From the IMG/VR virus record IMGVR_UViG_3300032225_000536, positions 1 to 27,648 of that record: a stretch of DNA of 27,648 nucleotides. One strand, written 5' to 3'. Shown in pieces: positions 10,489-19,734 of the stretch. Numbering within the stretch: the first letter of the stretch is position 1; each line of letters opens with the position of its first letter. This DNA comes from a virus. Its lineage: Duplodnaviria; Caudoviricetes. The position numbers and the translations under genes are program-made. The notes under the pieces are model-generated. The model was not told the origin of the DNA. It did no database searches and saw nothing but the letters and a program-made list of their open reading frames with translations.

Positions 10489-10860
10489 ATGCCACTAGAA
10501 AAAGGAAAGATGCGTCCTAAAAAACCTGGGGTAAAATATACCAAAGGCGTTCAAAGACCACATGTTTGGCTAGTAGGAGAAGACCCCTATAAGCATCAGA
10601 TGTACATGCCATGGTTAAAGGCTAAAGCACAAGCCAATTATCGTAAAGAAGAATGGCTGTTAACCTTTAATGAATATTATAAACTTTGGGAAGATAAATG
10701 GGAAGAAAGGGGTAGAGATGCAGATCAATTGTGTATGACTAGACATGATTGGGAAGGTGAATGGGAAATAGACAATGTCTATATTTGTACTCGTAAAGAA
10801 CACTGTGCTAGGCAAGGACTAGCCCGTAGAGGTGAAATAAGGAGAAAGAAAAATGGCTAA
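10489..10860 (+). CDS. HNH-like (His-Me finger) phage protein, possibly degenerate
   Basis: KAQANYR.EEW.LTFNEY..LW...RGR....LCMTRHD..G.W..DNVYICT resembles small phage HNH-type proteins; strong AAGGAG SD. Confidence 0.55.
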   Translation: MPLEKGKMRPKKPGVKYTKGVQRPHVWLVGEDPYKHQMYMPWLKAKAQANYRKEEWLLTFNEYYKLWEDKWEERGRDADQLCMTRHDWEGEWEIDNVYICTRKEHCARQGLARRGEIRRKKNG

Positions 10861-11260
10861 AGAAATCAAATATATCGCTAGAGGACTTACCAATAGCAAT
10901 AATGAATACGTAACTATTGATCAAGAAGATATGGGTTATCTAATGAATCAAGTTATTCGTACAATGGCAACCTATGCTGAACTAACAGCAACATCAAATG
11001 GTGCGGGTATTGTCTGTAATAGAGACAAGGCATTGTTTGGTAAAAGAGGTAAAACTATAATTGCACCTGGTAGAGAAAATACGAGATTAAGTGTCCTAGG
11101 TGGTCTTGTTAACAATTATTTTACCAAAGACGAAAAATTTAAAAATGACATTAGTCTTAACCAGTTGCCTTATATTGTAACTGTGCTAAATGAATGCGCA
11201 GATCAATTTGGTTACGAGCCAATATCATTCCGTAATCAATTATTTGAATTTGGAAAATAA
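10853..11260 (+). CDS. Hypothetical protein (135 aa)
   Basis: TAAGGAG SD, 8-nt overlap with the upstream gene; no motif recognised. Confidence 0.75.
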   Translation: MAKEIKYIARGLTNSNNEYVTIDQEDMGYLMNQVIRTMATYAELTATSNGAGIVCNRDKALFGKRGKTIIAPGRENTRLSVLGGLVNNYFTKDEKFKNDISLNQLPYIVTVLNECADQFGYEPISFRNQLFEFGK

Positions 11261-11261
11261 T

Positions 11262-11513
11262 ATGGCAAAACATGAAATGTTTGGTAACTTTGATCCCTAT
11301 GAATTGATCATTGCTATGGATTTAAAATTAGGACAGTTAGTTGATGCACACAACAATTTGGCTGTACAGTTTGAACAACATAAAAAAGACTTTGATGTAT
11401 TATTAAAAAGCCATCAGGTCAACCAACAGAGTATTGTTCAACTAACACATAACAATAATGAACTGCTTAAGGCAGTACAGGATTGTTTAAATCATATTAA
11501 TAATCATCCATAA
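11262..11513 (+). CDS. Hypothetical coiled-coil protein (83 aa, MAKHEMF...)
   Basis: ATG 1 nt after the upstream stop, preferred over the track start at 11190; heptad-like Leu/His/Asn pattern. Confidence 0.7.
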   Translation: MAKHEMFGNFDPYELIIAMDLKLGQLVDAHNNLAVQFEQHKKDFDVLLKSHQVNQQSIVQLTHNNNELLKAVQDCLNHINNHP

Positions 11514-11538
11514 AAAAATCCCCCTGTTACGGGGGATT
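11511..11538 (-). terminator. Rho-independent terminator
   Basis: Minus strand AATCCCCC-GTAACA-GGGGGATT followed by a T run. Confidence 0.85.
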
Positions 11539-11688
11539 AAAATTGGAGAATTTTTTTTAAATGCCAAATCCACTAGGATAAGGTGTTAGAGAGAACTAGA
11601 GAATTTAGGGCAATGGCTGTAGCCCTTAAAGAGAGATTATATGACATAACCTAGAATGTATCGAGGAGATACAATTCTCTCTAACACA
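11512..11688 (-). ncRNA. Candidate ~175-nt multi-loop small RNA
   Basis: Starts 3 nt after TAAATA (11691-11696) with a perfect 13-bp closing stem (11583-11595/11675-11687) enclosing three hairpins; ends in an intrinsic terminator. Confidence 0.65.
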
Positions 11689-11689
11689 A

Positions 11690-12115
11690 TTATTTATCCT
11701 TTCCGTAATTAAAGTGCTTAAAATAGGCGTTTTGTATATGAACAGAGCCTGTTATTAATTCACCTTTAGGGCCTACAGCCTTTTGACACTTACGGCAACT
11801 AGTACGCCAATGAGGTACAGGACTATGATAAAACTTCTTATCAACGATTTGATCTGCAATGATTTTACCACAGCCTATTTCACAAAGTTTTTCAATTGGT
11901 TTTAGTTCTTTTAGTATCCAAGGTAATGTTTCATTAACATTACTTTCTTCTTCTACTAGTTCTTCTTGATCACCAAATTCATTTTCAACAATACGAACTA
12001 TTTTTTTGTATTTGGGTTTTGGTTTGGCTAGTACATTACCATTAGGGCCGATCTGATTACTGTCAAGAACAACCGCAACTTGCTTCACTAATTCTTTTAA
12101 TTTTTTCGCATCCAT
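11690..12115 (-). CDS. Hypothetical Zn-finger-like protein (141 aa), probably leaderless
   Basis: CEIGC...CRKC cysteine pairs; ATG at 12115 lies 4 nt after TAAATA (12120-12125) and is preferred over the track start at 12139. Confidence 0.7.
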   Translation of the reverse strand: MDAKKLKELVKQVAVVLDSNQIGPNGNVLAKPKPKYKKIVRIVENEFGDQEELVEEESNVNETLPWILKELKPIEKLCEIGCGKIIADQIVDKKFYHSPVPHWRTSCRKCQKAVGPKGELITGSVHIQNAYFKHFNYGKDK

Positions 12116-12146
12116 GAGATATTTACAGATTGGACGCAAATTTTGG

Positions 12147-12569
12147 TTAAGATATGAGTGTCAAACTAGCCAATGGTAAGTAATACCAATTTGTACCATC
12201 ACTAATTGCTAGAGCAGGATTACCACTGTCAGCATTTGAACACAAGGCCAAATCACCTGCAAGACCTACAATAGTAGTTAAGGTAGTTTTTGGAATACTT
12301 TGTAAGCGTAAAAAATTTTGTATCTTAACAATATTATTTGCTGGATTTAATGTTAATTGTCCGCTTGGAGTTGTAAAAGTTGTTGGAAACAGATTAGCCT
12401 GTATTGTACCATCACTTTGTAGAACAACAACACCATTGGGACCATTCTTATCTGTAATAATTGTATTTAGAGATTGAACAGCAGTTAGTAGATCACCACG
12501 TGCTTGACTAGGATCGTCACTGCCATTGTCTAAATTGGTTGTTGGAATTGTACTTGTTGGAAATGTCAT
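12147..12569 (-). CDS. Small tail-associated protein
   Basis: 140 aa, AAGGA SD; NGVVVLQSDG and ALAISDGTNWY are fibre-type motifs; follows the tail tip genes. Confidence 0.7.
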   Translation of the reverse strand: MTFPTSTIPTTNLDNGSDDPSQARGDLLTAVQSLNTIITDKNGPNGVVVLQSDGTIQANLFPTTFTTPSGQLTLNPANNIVKIQNFLRLQSIPKTTLTTIVGLAGDLALCSNADSGNPALAISDGTNWYYLPLASLTLIS

Positions 12570-12579
12570 TTTTTATCCT

Positions 12580-13317
12580 TTAATTAGAAATTAGGTTGTT
12601 GCCACTCATGCGTTGACTAGGAAGTCCTTTAACTATAATATCAACAACTGCATCTCTTGGTTGATTATCTAGTCCTACAAGTGCAAATGTAGGACCCGTT
12701 ATGGCTTTGCTGATTATTTTTGGTATAACATAAGTTGAAGTAGCAGTATGACTAACATACAAATCCAAAGCATAACTTGTTACCTCATGTGGTGTAATTA
12801 AAATATCAACTACCTGACTAACTGTTTGACTTAATGGCAAAGTACGACTGCTTGAAGTACCTGCTAGTGTGCTGGTATCTAAATCACTATAACGCATTTC
12901 TAAAACATTACTAGCAATAGGAGTAATCGTACATGTACCTAATGTAAGTGGTTGATTATTATAGGTACAGGTAGTAACAACAAGAACAAATTTACCTGAG
13001 AAACTTGGAACATTAGTTGCTCCTTGATTTATTATAGTTTCTGTTTCTTCGCCGCGGAATAGACCATTAGGACTAGTATAAATTTTATAACTGACTAAAC
13101 CAGTACTAATTGTTGTTATATTCAATGTAAAGTTACTAACTCCATAGGGAATTAGATCAACAACAGGTTGATACCAAACAATAGTATTCCCTGGTTTATC
13201 CCAACTAGTCCAATTATCCCAAGTATAACCGCTGTGATCATCCCAAGTATCACTACTTGCAGGTCTAATCAATCCTGTACTGTTATCATAATAACCACTT
13301 TGATTTGGAATTGCCAT
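12580..13317 (-). CDS. Tail/baseplate-associated protein
   Basis: 245-aa beta-rich ORF directly after the tail tip; TWDD..TWDNWTSWD Trp repeats; AAGGA SD. Confidence 0.7.
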   Translation of the reverse strand: MAIPNQSGYYDNSTGLIRPASSDTWDDHSGYTWDNWTSWDKPGNTIVWYQPVVDLIPYGVSNFTLNITTISTGLVSYKIYTSPNGLFRGEETETIINQGATNVPSFSGKFVLVVTTCTYNNQPLTLGTCTITPIASNVLEMRYSDLDTSTLAGTSSSRTLPLSQTVSQVVDILITPHEVTSYALDLYVSHTATSTYVIPKIISKAITGPTFALVGLDNQPRDAVVDIIVKGLPSQRMSGNNLISN

Positions 13318-13326
13318 ATCTTATCC

Positions 13327-16300
13327 TTAAATTATTCCTGGACTAACTGATGGCAATGTCCATCCGCCACCTGTGGCATTTCTTGTACCAGGTTTAATAA
13401 TATTTGATACTGTAACTGGTGTACGTGCTTCTGTTAGTTTACGCTGTAGACTTACACCATTGGTTGTTGCAGGAACAGTAGTTACTGTGTTATAATCAGC
13501 AGTATTTACAATTGAACTATTACTGCTTACAGCAATTGGATATGTAGAATTAGTATTAGGGAAATTAACACCAGTATTCAAATTTAACAAATATGCTTGT
13601 GTGCTAGTTCCGCCACTGTAATTGACCACAATTAATAATTGCGATCCGTAACTGCCAGTTGCTGTCTGTAGATTAAACAAAGTTGGTGCTGTTTGTGTAC
13701 CATTAGTATACAAATAATTAAGTACACCACCTAGGTTAATACCTACACCTAATGTAGGATCCCAGTAGGGATTAAATTCGTTTGCCGCTGTGGCTTCTCT
13801 TAGATTAACAGTAACAGTACTGCCATTACTAATACCACCATCATTAATTGATAAAGTTTCCCAACGACCTACTCCATAGTAATTTGATGTATAATATCCA
13901 TTAGGGAAAAGACAAGCACGACGATATATGGTAATACTTGTAGCATTGCTAGGTTTAACATATTTTAATTGGTAATAATTTTGACTTACATCACTACCTG
14001 TAATCAAATTAACACTTTGTACAGTTACTACTGGATTGGTAATTTGAATTGGTGTTGTTAATGTTGTTAGGGCTGTATTAGTATTAACCCACTGTGGCGC
14101 ACTCTTAACTCGCCAATCTGCTGGCAAGTTATTGGTTGCATTTGGATATGGATTAAGTCCTGTTGTTTCTGTTGCACGATTATGTATTGCACCTGACCAA
14201 TACCAACTGTTAGTGCATGGTGTTAGGGCACCTTGATACCATACCATAGGTGTAATTACATATCCATAGACTTTATCCCAACTAATAGGTTGGCTAGCAA
14301 CACCACCTCCCCCGCCTGGGTTAGGAATAGGTTGATTATTATCATTTGTTGTATAACTGATAGTGGTGGCTGTCATATCTCTGGTATAGATCCTTACACC
14401 AGCATAATATGGTTGCATCGCCGCAACTGGAGTATCAAGATAGAATATAATGTTACCACTGGCAATGCCTGTACCTGAATCTAAAATCTTTGTTAGGTTA
14501 AGAGTTAGATCTGTTGGTTTGGTAACTGCACCTGGAGGTGCATTTGCTTCTAAGGTTAAGTCTGTCCAAATAGTTTGTGGTTGGAATAGTTTATTAGCAA
14601 ATGGAGGACTTGTATAATCAGGTTGTGTAGTTAGACCATTATCTTCAATGTTTACATTGATATATGGTACACAATATTTGCTTAGTGTACCATCAGTATA
14701 CAATATCCTAAAGTAGAAATCATAATTATCTGCAAGATATGGAAAGGTTGGATATTGGGGAACTCCCAAGTCCATTGCTGGAGTTGTTTGTGTACTAGTA
14801 AAAGTAACACTAGTGTTTTCGCTAGAAGTAGCATAGTCAGCAGTTTTCCAATATAAGTTACTGTTAAATTTATAATAAACACGGACACCAGCAATATGAC
14901 CATTAGTACCATTAACAGTACTGGTCTTAACTGTAAAAGAAAGTTGTCTTGGTGTACTTGGATGTCCACTAGTTAGTACAGTATTGGCTACAATACTATC
15001 AAAATAGGTATCATTACGAATAGCCTTAGGAACAGCAGAGCCAAGTCTACCTTTGGCAGTGGCTATAGGTTCTGTGCCTTTAACAATCCACAAACTCATC
15101 CAATTGAAATCACTAGGATAGTCTGCATCACCTGTTCTATTATGGAAATATCCTGATAGATATTGAGCATTGAATGCTTCAACAGTACTGGAACCATATG
15201 TTACCAGAGGAACAACAACAAATTCCCATGTTTCATCTATGGTTAAATTACCAACCAAAGCACTGTATTCACCGCTAATTGTACTATAACTTGCTGGTGT
15301 TATATCAATATAATCTCCTGTACCGCTTTGACCTGCCTTATGACGATAAACACGCACACCAACCCAATTAACTCTATCTGCGGCCACTGGTGGATTTAAG
15401 AACAAGCGAATGCTGTTAGCAGGTTGTGTATAACTTTGTGCCTTGCTTACGCTAATGGTAATATTTCTTGTTTCTGTTATATCTCCAGGACCTGCAATAG
15501 TTGGAACATAAGTGCCTGCATCTTCTTTAACATAGATAGTTGGATTTTGTTGGCCACTGGTCATATCGCGTAGGAATAGATTATATTGATATTGTAATCC
15601 ACTCCATTCAATGGCATTGTTCATTGCACGATATTGCCATTTGCTTTGTTTGCCATCACTATAACCAAAGCGGAAGATAAAATCATAATCATCACAGTTA
15701 AGAGGAACAGCACCGCCTGGTACACTAGGATATAGTCTACTGCCTACTGAAATAGTAAATGTTATGTTAGTACCAGGAGTAGCAACTACAGGAATTGTAT
15801 TTGTATACCATTTAGGATTAGCACTAGGTTTATAGTAAACAACTACGCTGTTAAGATATTGATTAACTCCTGAACTTATATCCTGTGTTAGGGTAATTGA
15901 AACTTGTCTTGTAGCCAGTGGTAAATTACCACTAGTTACTGTACTACCTGTAACAGTTTTAAAATAATCTGCGGCTAGATTTATGCCGCCTGTAATTGGA
16001 GCAGTTGTTGCATTGCCTGTCGTGAAATTAAATGTAATTGTTTTTGTACTTCGATCACCTGTAACATACAATACCTGTGCAGTAACAACATAACTGGTTA
16101 GAGTGTTTAGATTAGTTATGGTTACACTAGTACTTGATCCGCCTAGGTTAACTGTTTGTGTAACACCACCAGTAGTACCGCTAGCAACTGTTGTTAGGAT
16201 AACTTGATTGGCTAAAGTATTAGCAGGATTAGTCCATGTTAGAGTTGCAGTGGCAATAGTACCGTTATAGGTAAATTTAACATCATAGATAGTGATAACA

Positions 16301-18072
16301 TCAATTAAGGGTCCGCTTGGGCCTGTTGGGCTAGTTGGATTCTTAGGATTGTTGGGGTCGTTGGGATCTGTTGGAGCATAGCCTGGAGGTAATAGACCAA
16401 CAGGAGTACCTGTAACTTCAGGTGGATAGTATCTTGTTACGCCTTGTGGAACATAAACTCCAGTTTTGTAATCTTTATCAGTTACGCTAACATGTGGATA
16501 AATGCTGTCTTGGTTACGAACACATCCAATGGCCACTGAATAATCATTATTAACTTTTGTACTAACAATGCGCCATTTAACAGCGCCAGCATTAGGATCC
16601 GTTCCAAACTTTAATATATTGGCCTGTATATAGACACAGTCACCAACCATAAGATCTAATGCTTCACTGGTTGCAGTAAAACTAATTGTATCTTGCCAGC
16701 GTGATTTTTGTAATGCCAAGCGGGCCATATCTTGTGCCATGGCAAAGTTTGTAATCCAAGGAAAACTTAGATCACCCTTTTGTGCTCTATAACCATCTTG
16801 AGCAAGATAGTTAGCATATTCTGTACTATCCTGTGCTGGTACAGTTACACTTTGTTGTGTCCATTGCTGATCAGGATCGCAATAGGTTGCAACTATTTGA
16901 TTGTATTTGCTTGTGCGTTCAATACCAGTATAGGTTATGCTACCTATAATATTATCTTTGGTAAAGGTACGAACAATTGGCGCACTACCACTTAGGATAT
17001 CTGTTGGATTACCTGCATCATCTACCTTAAGCATGTAAGTGCCTGTGCGACTATATGGCAAATAACTACGGCATTGTTGTAATAATAATTTTACATTGGC
17101 AAATATTGTTTGACTTGTATCTACAACTGCATGTAGTGTTTGAATAGGACCTGTAACACCACTACCTGTATAGGTCACAGTTTGATTGTATTTGTTGGCT
17201 GCTTTCTTAAAACTATCCCAATCAATATCTTGATTACCTAGACCTTTACCATAGTTAGGATTGCGTAGATAATCTAGTATAATGTTAGCAGGATTAGAAC
17301 TATAACTTGTTGAGGCAATTGAATAGGTATAATTTGGTATAGAAGCAGGATTTGAAATATCTAATGTTTCAAGATTTGTTATCTTGCGTCCTAATACAGT
17401 ACATTGTAGCGTAGGAATAGTGCCACTAAATGGATTGGCATCTGCTGTGGCTTGATCAGTTGCGTTAATCCATTCATAACGTGCAAATACAACTGCTAGG
17501 CCATTGTAGGCCATGTCCGTTGTCCAACTAGGACTACCTGCAAATATTCCTGCCTTGATAGCAGTACCTATATTGGTAGCATTACCATTACTAAATTGTA
17601 GGGTTGTTCTTTTTACAAGTTTACCACTGGCCGCATCTGATAGGGTTATGTTTTGTCCTGCATTAAGGTTAGGGATATTACCAGCACCAACTGGGATATC
17701 ATTAATCCATATTTCTCTAAGACCTTCAACGGGACCTTCACTTAGAACATAGGCCACCCATAGATATTTGTTACTATCACTACCTGTTTCTGCAAAGGTA
17801 ACAACTCCGCCAACTTTTCTAAAACCATAGATAACAGGAATCTGTTGGTCTGTTCCTTGTCTTTGTAGTGTAACACCCTGTATGGTTTGATTCTGTTGGT
17901 TAATGTCAGGCATACTAGGCAAGCCAAACAAGCCTAAGAATGGACTCATTACAAAGTTAAGTACACCGCTGACTACACTACCAACAGCACTAACAACGCC
18001 TTTGACTATGGAGCCAACGGCTTTTACTACACCACTTACAGCATTGCCAATGGCCTTAAAGACTCCACCCAT
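13327..18072 (-). CDS. Tail tip / central fibre protein (lambda gpJ-like) with FN3-like repeats
   Basis: IPVIYGFRKVGG, LSEGPVEGLREIWIND, YNGLAVVFAR, SSNPANIILDYLRNPNYGKG, LDLMVGDCV, followed by FN3/Ig-like domains; position after TMP-Dit-hub. Confidence 0.9.
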   Translation of the reverse strand: MGGVFKAIGNAVSGVVKAVGSIVKGVVSAVGSVVSGVLNFVMSPFLGLFGLPSMPDINQQNQTIQGVTLQRQGTDQQIPVIYGFRKVGGVVTFAETGSDSNKYLWVAYVLSEGPVEGLREIWINDIPVGAGNIPNLNAGQNITLSDAASGKLVKRTTLQFSNGNATNIGTAIKAGIFAGSPSWTTDMAYNGLAVVFARYEWINATDQATADANPFSGTIPTLQCTVLGRKITNLETLDISNPASIPNYTYSIASTSYSSNPANIILDYLRNPNYGKGLGNQDIDWDSFKKAANKYNQTVTYTGSGVTGPIQTLHAVVDTSQTIFANVKLLLQQCRSYLPYSRTGTYMLKVDDAGNPTDILSGSAPIVRTFTKDNIIGSITYTGIERTSKYNQIVATYCDPDQQWTQQSVTVPAQDSTEYANYLAQDGYRAQKGDLSFPWITNFAMAQDMARLALQKSRWQDTISFTATSEALDLMVGDCVYIQANILKFGTDPNAGAVKWRIVSTKVNNDYSVAIGCVRNQDSIYPHVSVTDKDYKTGVYVPQGVTRYYPPEVTGTPVGLLPPGYAPTDPNDPNNPKNPTSPTGPSGPLIDVITIYDVKFTYNGTIATATLTWTNPANTLANQVILTTVASGTTGGVTQTVNLGGSSTSVTITNLNTLTSYVVTAQVLYVTGDRSTKTITFNFTTGNATTAPITGGINLAADYFKTVTGSTVTSGNLPLATRQVSITLTQDISSGVNQYLNSVVVYYKPSANPKWYTNTIPVVATPGTNITFTISVGSRLYPSVPGGAVPLNCDDYDFIFRFGYSDGKQSKWQYRAMNNAIEWSGLQYQYNLFLRDMTSGQQNPTIYVKEDAGTYVPTIAGPGDITETRNITISVSKAQSYTQPANSIRLFLNPPVAADRVNWVGVRVYRHKAGQSGTGDYIDITPASYSTISGEYSALVGNLTIDETWEFVVVPLVTYGSSTVEAFNAQYLSGYFHNRTGDADYPSDFNWMSLWIVKGTEPIATAKGRLGSAVPKAIRNDTYFDSIVANTVLTSGHPSTPRQLSFTVKTSTVNGTNGHIAGVRVYYKFNSNLYWKTADYATSSENTSVTFTSTQTTPAMDLGVPQYPTFPYLADNYDFYFRILYTDGTLSKYCVPYINVNIEDNGLTTQPDYTSPPFANKLFQPQTIWTDLTLEANAPPGAVTKPTDLTLNLTKILDSGTGIASGNIIFYLDTPVAAMQPYYAGVRIYTRDMTATTISYTTNDNNQPIPNPGGGGGVASQPISWDKVYGYVITPMVWYQGALTPCTNSWYWSGAIHNRATETTGLNPYPNATNNLPADWRVKSAPQWVNTNTALTTLTTPIQITNPVVTVQSVNLITGSDVSQNYYQLKYVKPSNATSITIYRRACLFPNGYYTSNYYGVGRWETLSINDGGISNGSTVTVNLREATAANEFNPYWDPTLGVGINLGGVLNYLYTNGTQTAPTLFNLQTATGSYGSQLLIVVNYSGGTSTQAYLLNLNTGVNFPNTNSTYPIAVSSNSSIVNTADYNTVTTVPATTNGVSLQRKLTEARTPVTVSNIIKPGTRNATGGGWTLPSVSPGII

Positions 18073-18533
18073 TATTCAAGTTCCTTAATAGTTGTTAGGA
18101 AGGGACGGAATCCAAAGTGTTCATACAACTTTGTACTTCTTTCAGTATCAATACCAATGTCTCCACCTGTAATTTGGTATGCATCTATATTGCGAGCCCA
18201 GCCTTCAAATTCTTTCATTAGCATTTTAAAGTTTTCCATTGTTCTATGGCTTGGCAATAGAAATGTAAATGCTATATTGGCAACTACCAATTGGTTATTC
18301 CATGGTACAAGACTCATATAACCTGCAATAAAACCAACAGGTCTTTGACCTTCCATAGCACTAAACCAAACATATTCATGATTAGCGATATAGGTGCGGA
18401 TGGTAGCAATCATACTATCTTCATCATATTCATCTATTATGCGAGGAATACTTTCAAATGCTTCATCACGATAGTAATTGAAAAGAATGAGAATAGAATC
18501 TAGTTCTTGTGCTTGTGCTTGTCTTACGATCAT
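18072..18533 (-). CDS. GNAT-family acetyltransferase-like protein
   Basis: MIVRQA..QELDSI, PVGFIAG, FLLPSHR, LMKEFEGWAR, KLYEHFGF GNAT motifs; ATG 18533 overlaps the upstream TGA (ATGA). Confidence 0.8.
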   Translation of the reverse strand: MIVRQAQAQELDSILILFNYYRDEAFESIPRIIDEYDEDSMIATIRTYIANHEYVWFSAMEGQRPVGFIAGYMSLVPWNNQLVVANIAFTFLLPSHRTMENFKMLMKEFEGWARNIDAYQITGGDIGIDTERSTKLYEHFGFRPFLTTIKELE

Positions 18534-19141
18534 GCCTTGCCCCAATTAAAACTTACTGTGCCTATTGTAGCAGTCTTGTTAAATGCCTTGTCAGCAGTAT
18601 TGCCATTTTGGAATCGCCAATTACTATTGTTATCTGTCATACGTCCTGCTGTTCTATCAAAGTCTGCCCATAGAGTTGAACATGAAATTTCTATTGTACA
18701 TGTTACTGCATTCTCTTGAACAGTTACATTGTATATATAACCATCAAAGATTGGTATGGTTCCTAATGGCTGTAGTGTTTGATAATCTAAGAACACACGA
18801 AAGATTTCAACAGGACTTCCTTCAAAATCTTTGCTTAGGAAATTATTGACCATGCCTGATGTTACACCACTTAGAACAATACTAAACTTGCCTAACTTGA
18901 CATCAAATTCTTCTGACACTGTTGAGAAACCAAGGAAGTCACCTTGTGCCGTATAGGTGCGTTGAACATTGTCTGCTTCATTAATCTTAACATTGATACC
19001 GCCTGAAGCAAAACGCAATGCGGCTGTACTGGTAATTGTTTGATTACCAGAATTATCACGTAATCCTATGTAGACTAATTCTTGACTGAAAAAGTTTTGA
19101 CGATAGAATTCGGCCTTGAGTGTATCGCTAATAACATACAT
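18530..19141 (-). CDS. Baseplate hub / minor tail protein (gpL/DUF2163-like)
   Basis: YTAQGDFLGFSTVSE, IVLSGV, IFDGYI, STLWADFDRTAGRMT, FNWGK C-terminus; position after Dit. Confidence 0.75.
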   Translation of the reverse strand: MYVISDTLKAEFYRQNFFSQELVYIGLRDNSGNQTITSTAALRFASGGINVKINEADNVQRTYTAQGDFLGFSTVSEEFDVKLGKFSIVLSGVTSGMVNNFLSKDFEGSPVEIFRVFLDYQTLQPLGTIPIFDGYIYNVTVQENAVTCTIEISCSTLWADFDRTAGRMTDNNSNWRFQNGNTADKAFNKTATIGTVSFNWGKA

Positions 19142-19734
19142 TACCAGGTTTCCCTCATGTCAAGACTCATTTGTACAATACCACCAATGCCTGTATCATA
19201 TTGTTGTACTTCGCCATCTAGGATGACTGTAAAAGGCACGGCAGTAATTGTTAAAGCAGTTCCACTTGGTACATCTGCAACTAGACTACCACTAAAATAT
19301 AATGGTTGACCAGCAACCCATGTAACTGTACACATATAGACCTTGCTATGGTTGGCAAATTTAAAATAATCACCTGCACGAAGTAGACCTTTACCTGTGG
19401 TTACTCCTGTTACATTAACGCTGTTAACACCTGCTAAGACTGCACCAGAAGTAGTTACTGTTGTAGCCGTTTGGTTTGGTACTTTACTATAACTGATTTC
19501 AGGTAAAACAATTTGAAATGCTTCTAGACTACCATACTGTTGTGCAACAAATCCTATAACAGGCCCCATTTCATATTTGGGTACATTATTGTATTTGGCA
19601 GTAAAAGTATAAAAACTATGTCCCATTGCCACACGGCGTGTTTTACCACTTATGGTTGTAGTTTTAATTACAGGAGTATTAATCTTAAAATTTACAGCAT
19701 TAAAGGTTGGGGTGTATGGATATGTTCCACTCAT
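19141..19734 (-). CDS. Distal tail (Dit)-like protein
   Basis: Directly after TMP; TTISGKTRR, FTAKY, LRAGDYFKFANHSKVYM. Confidence 0.7.
   Translation of the reverse strand: MSGTYPYTPTFNAVNFKINTPVIKTTTISGKTRRVAMGHSFYTFTAKYNNVPKYEMGPVIGFVAQQYGSLEAFQIVLPEISYSKVPNQTATTVTTSGAVLAGVNSVNVTGVTTGKGLLRAGDYFKFANHSKVYMCTVTWVAGQPLYFSGSLVADVPSGTALTITAVPFTVILDGEVQQYDTGIGGIVQMSLDMRETW

Noticed and set aside
11190-11261. Track start 11190 for the third plus-strand gene (likewise 12139 and 18545 for two minus-strand genes)
   Set aside because: Downstream ATGs at 11262, 12115 and 18533 fit stop-start coupling or promoter spacing better
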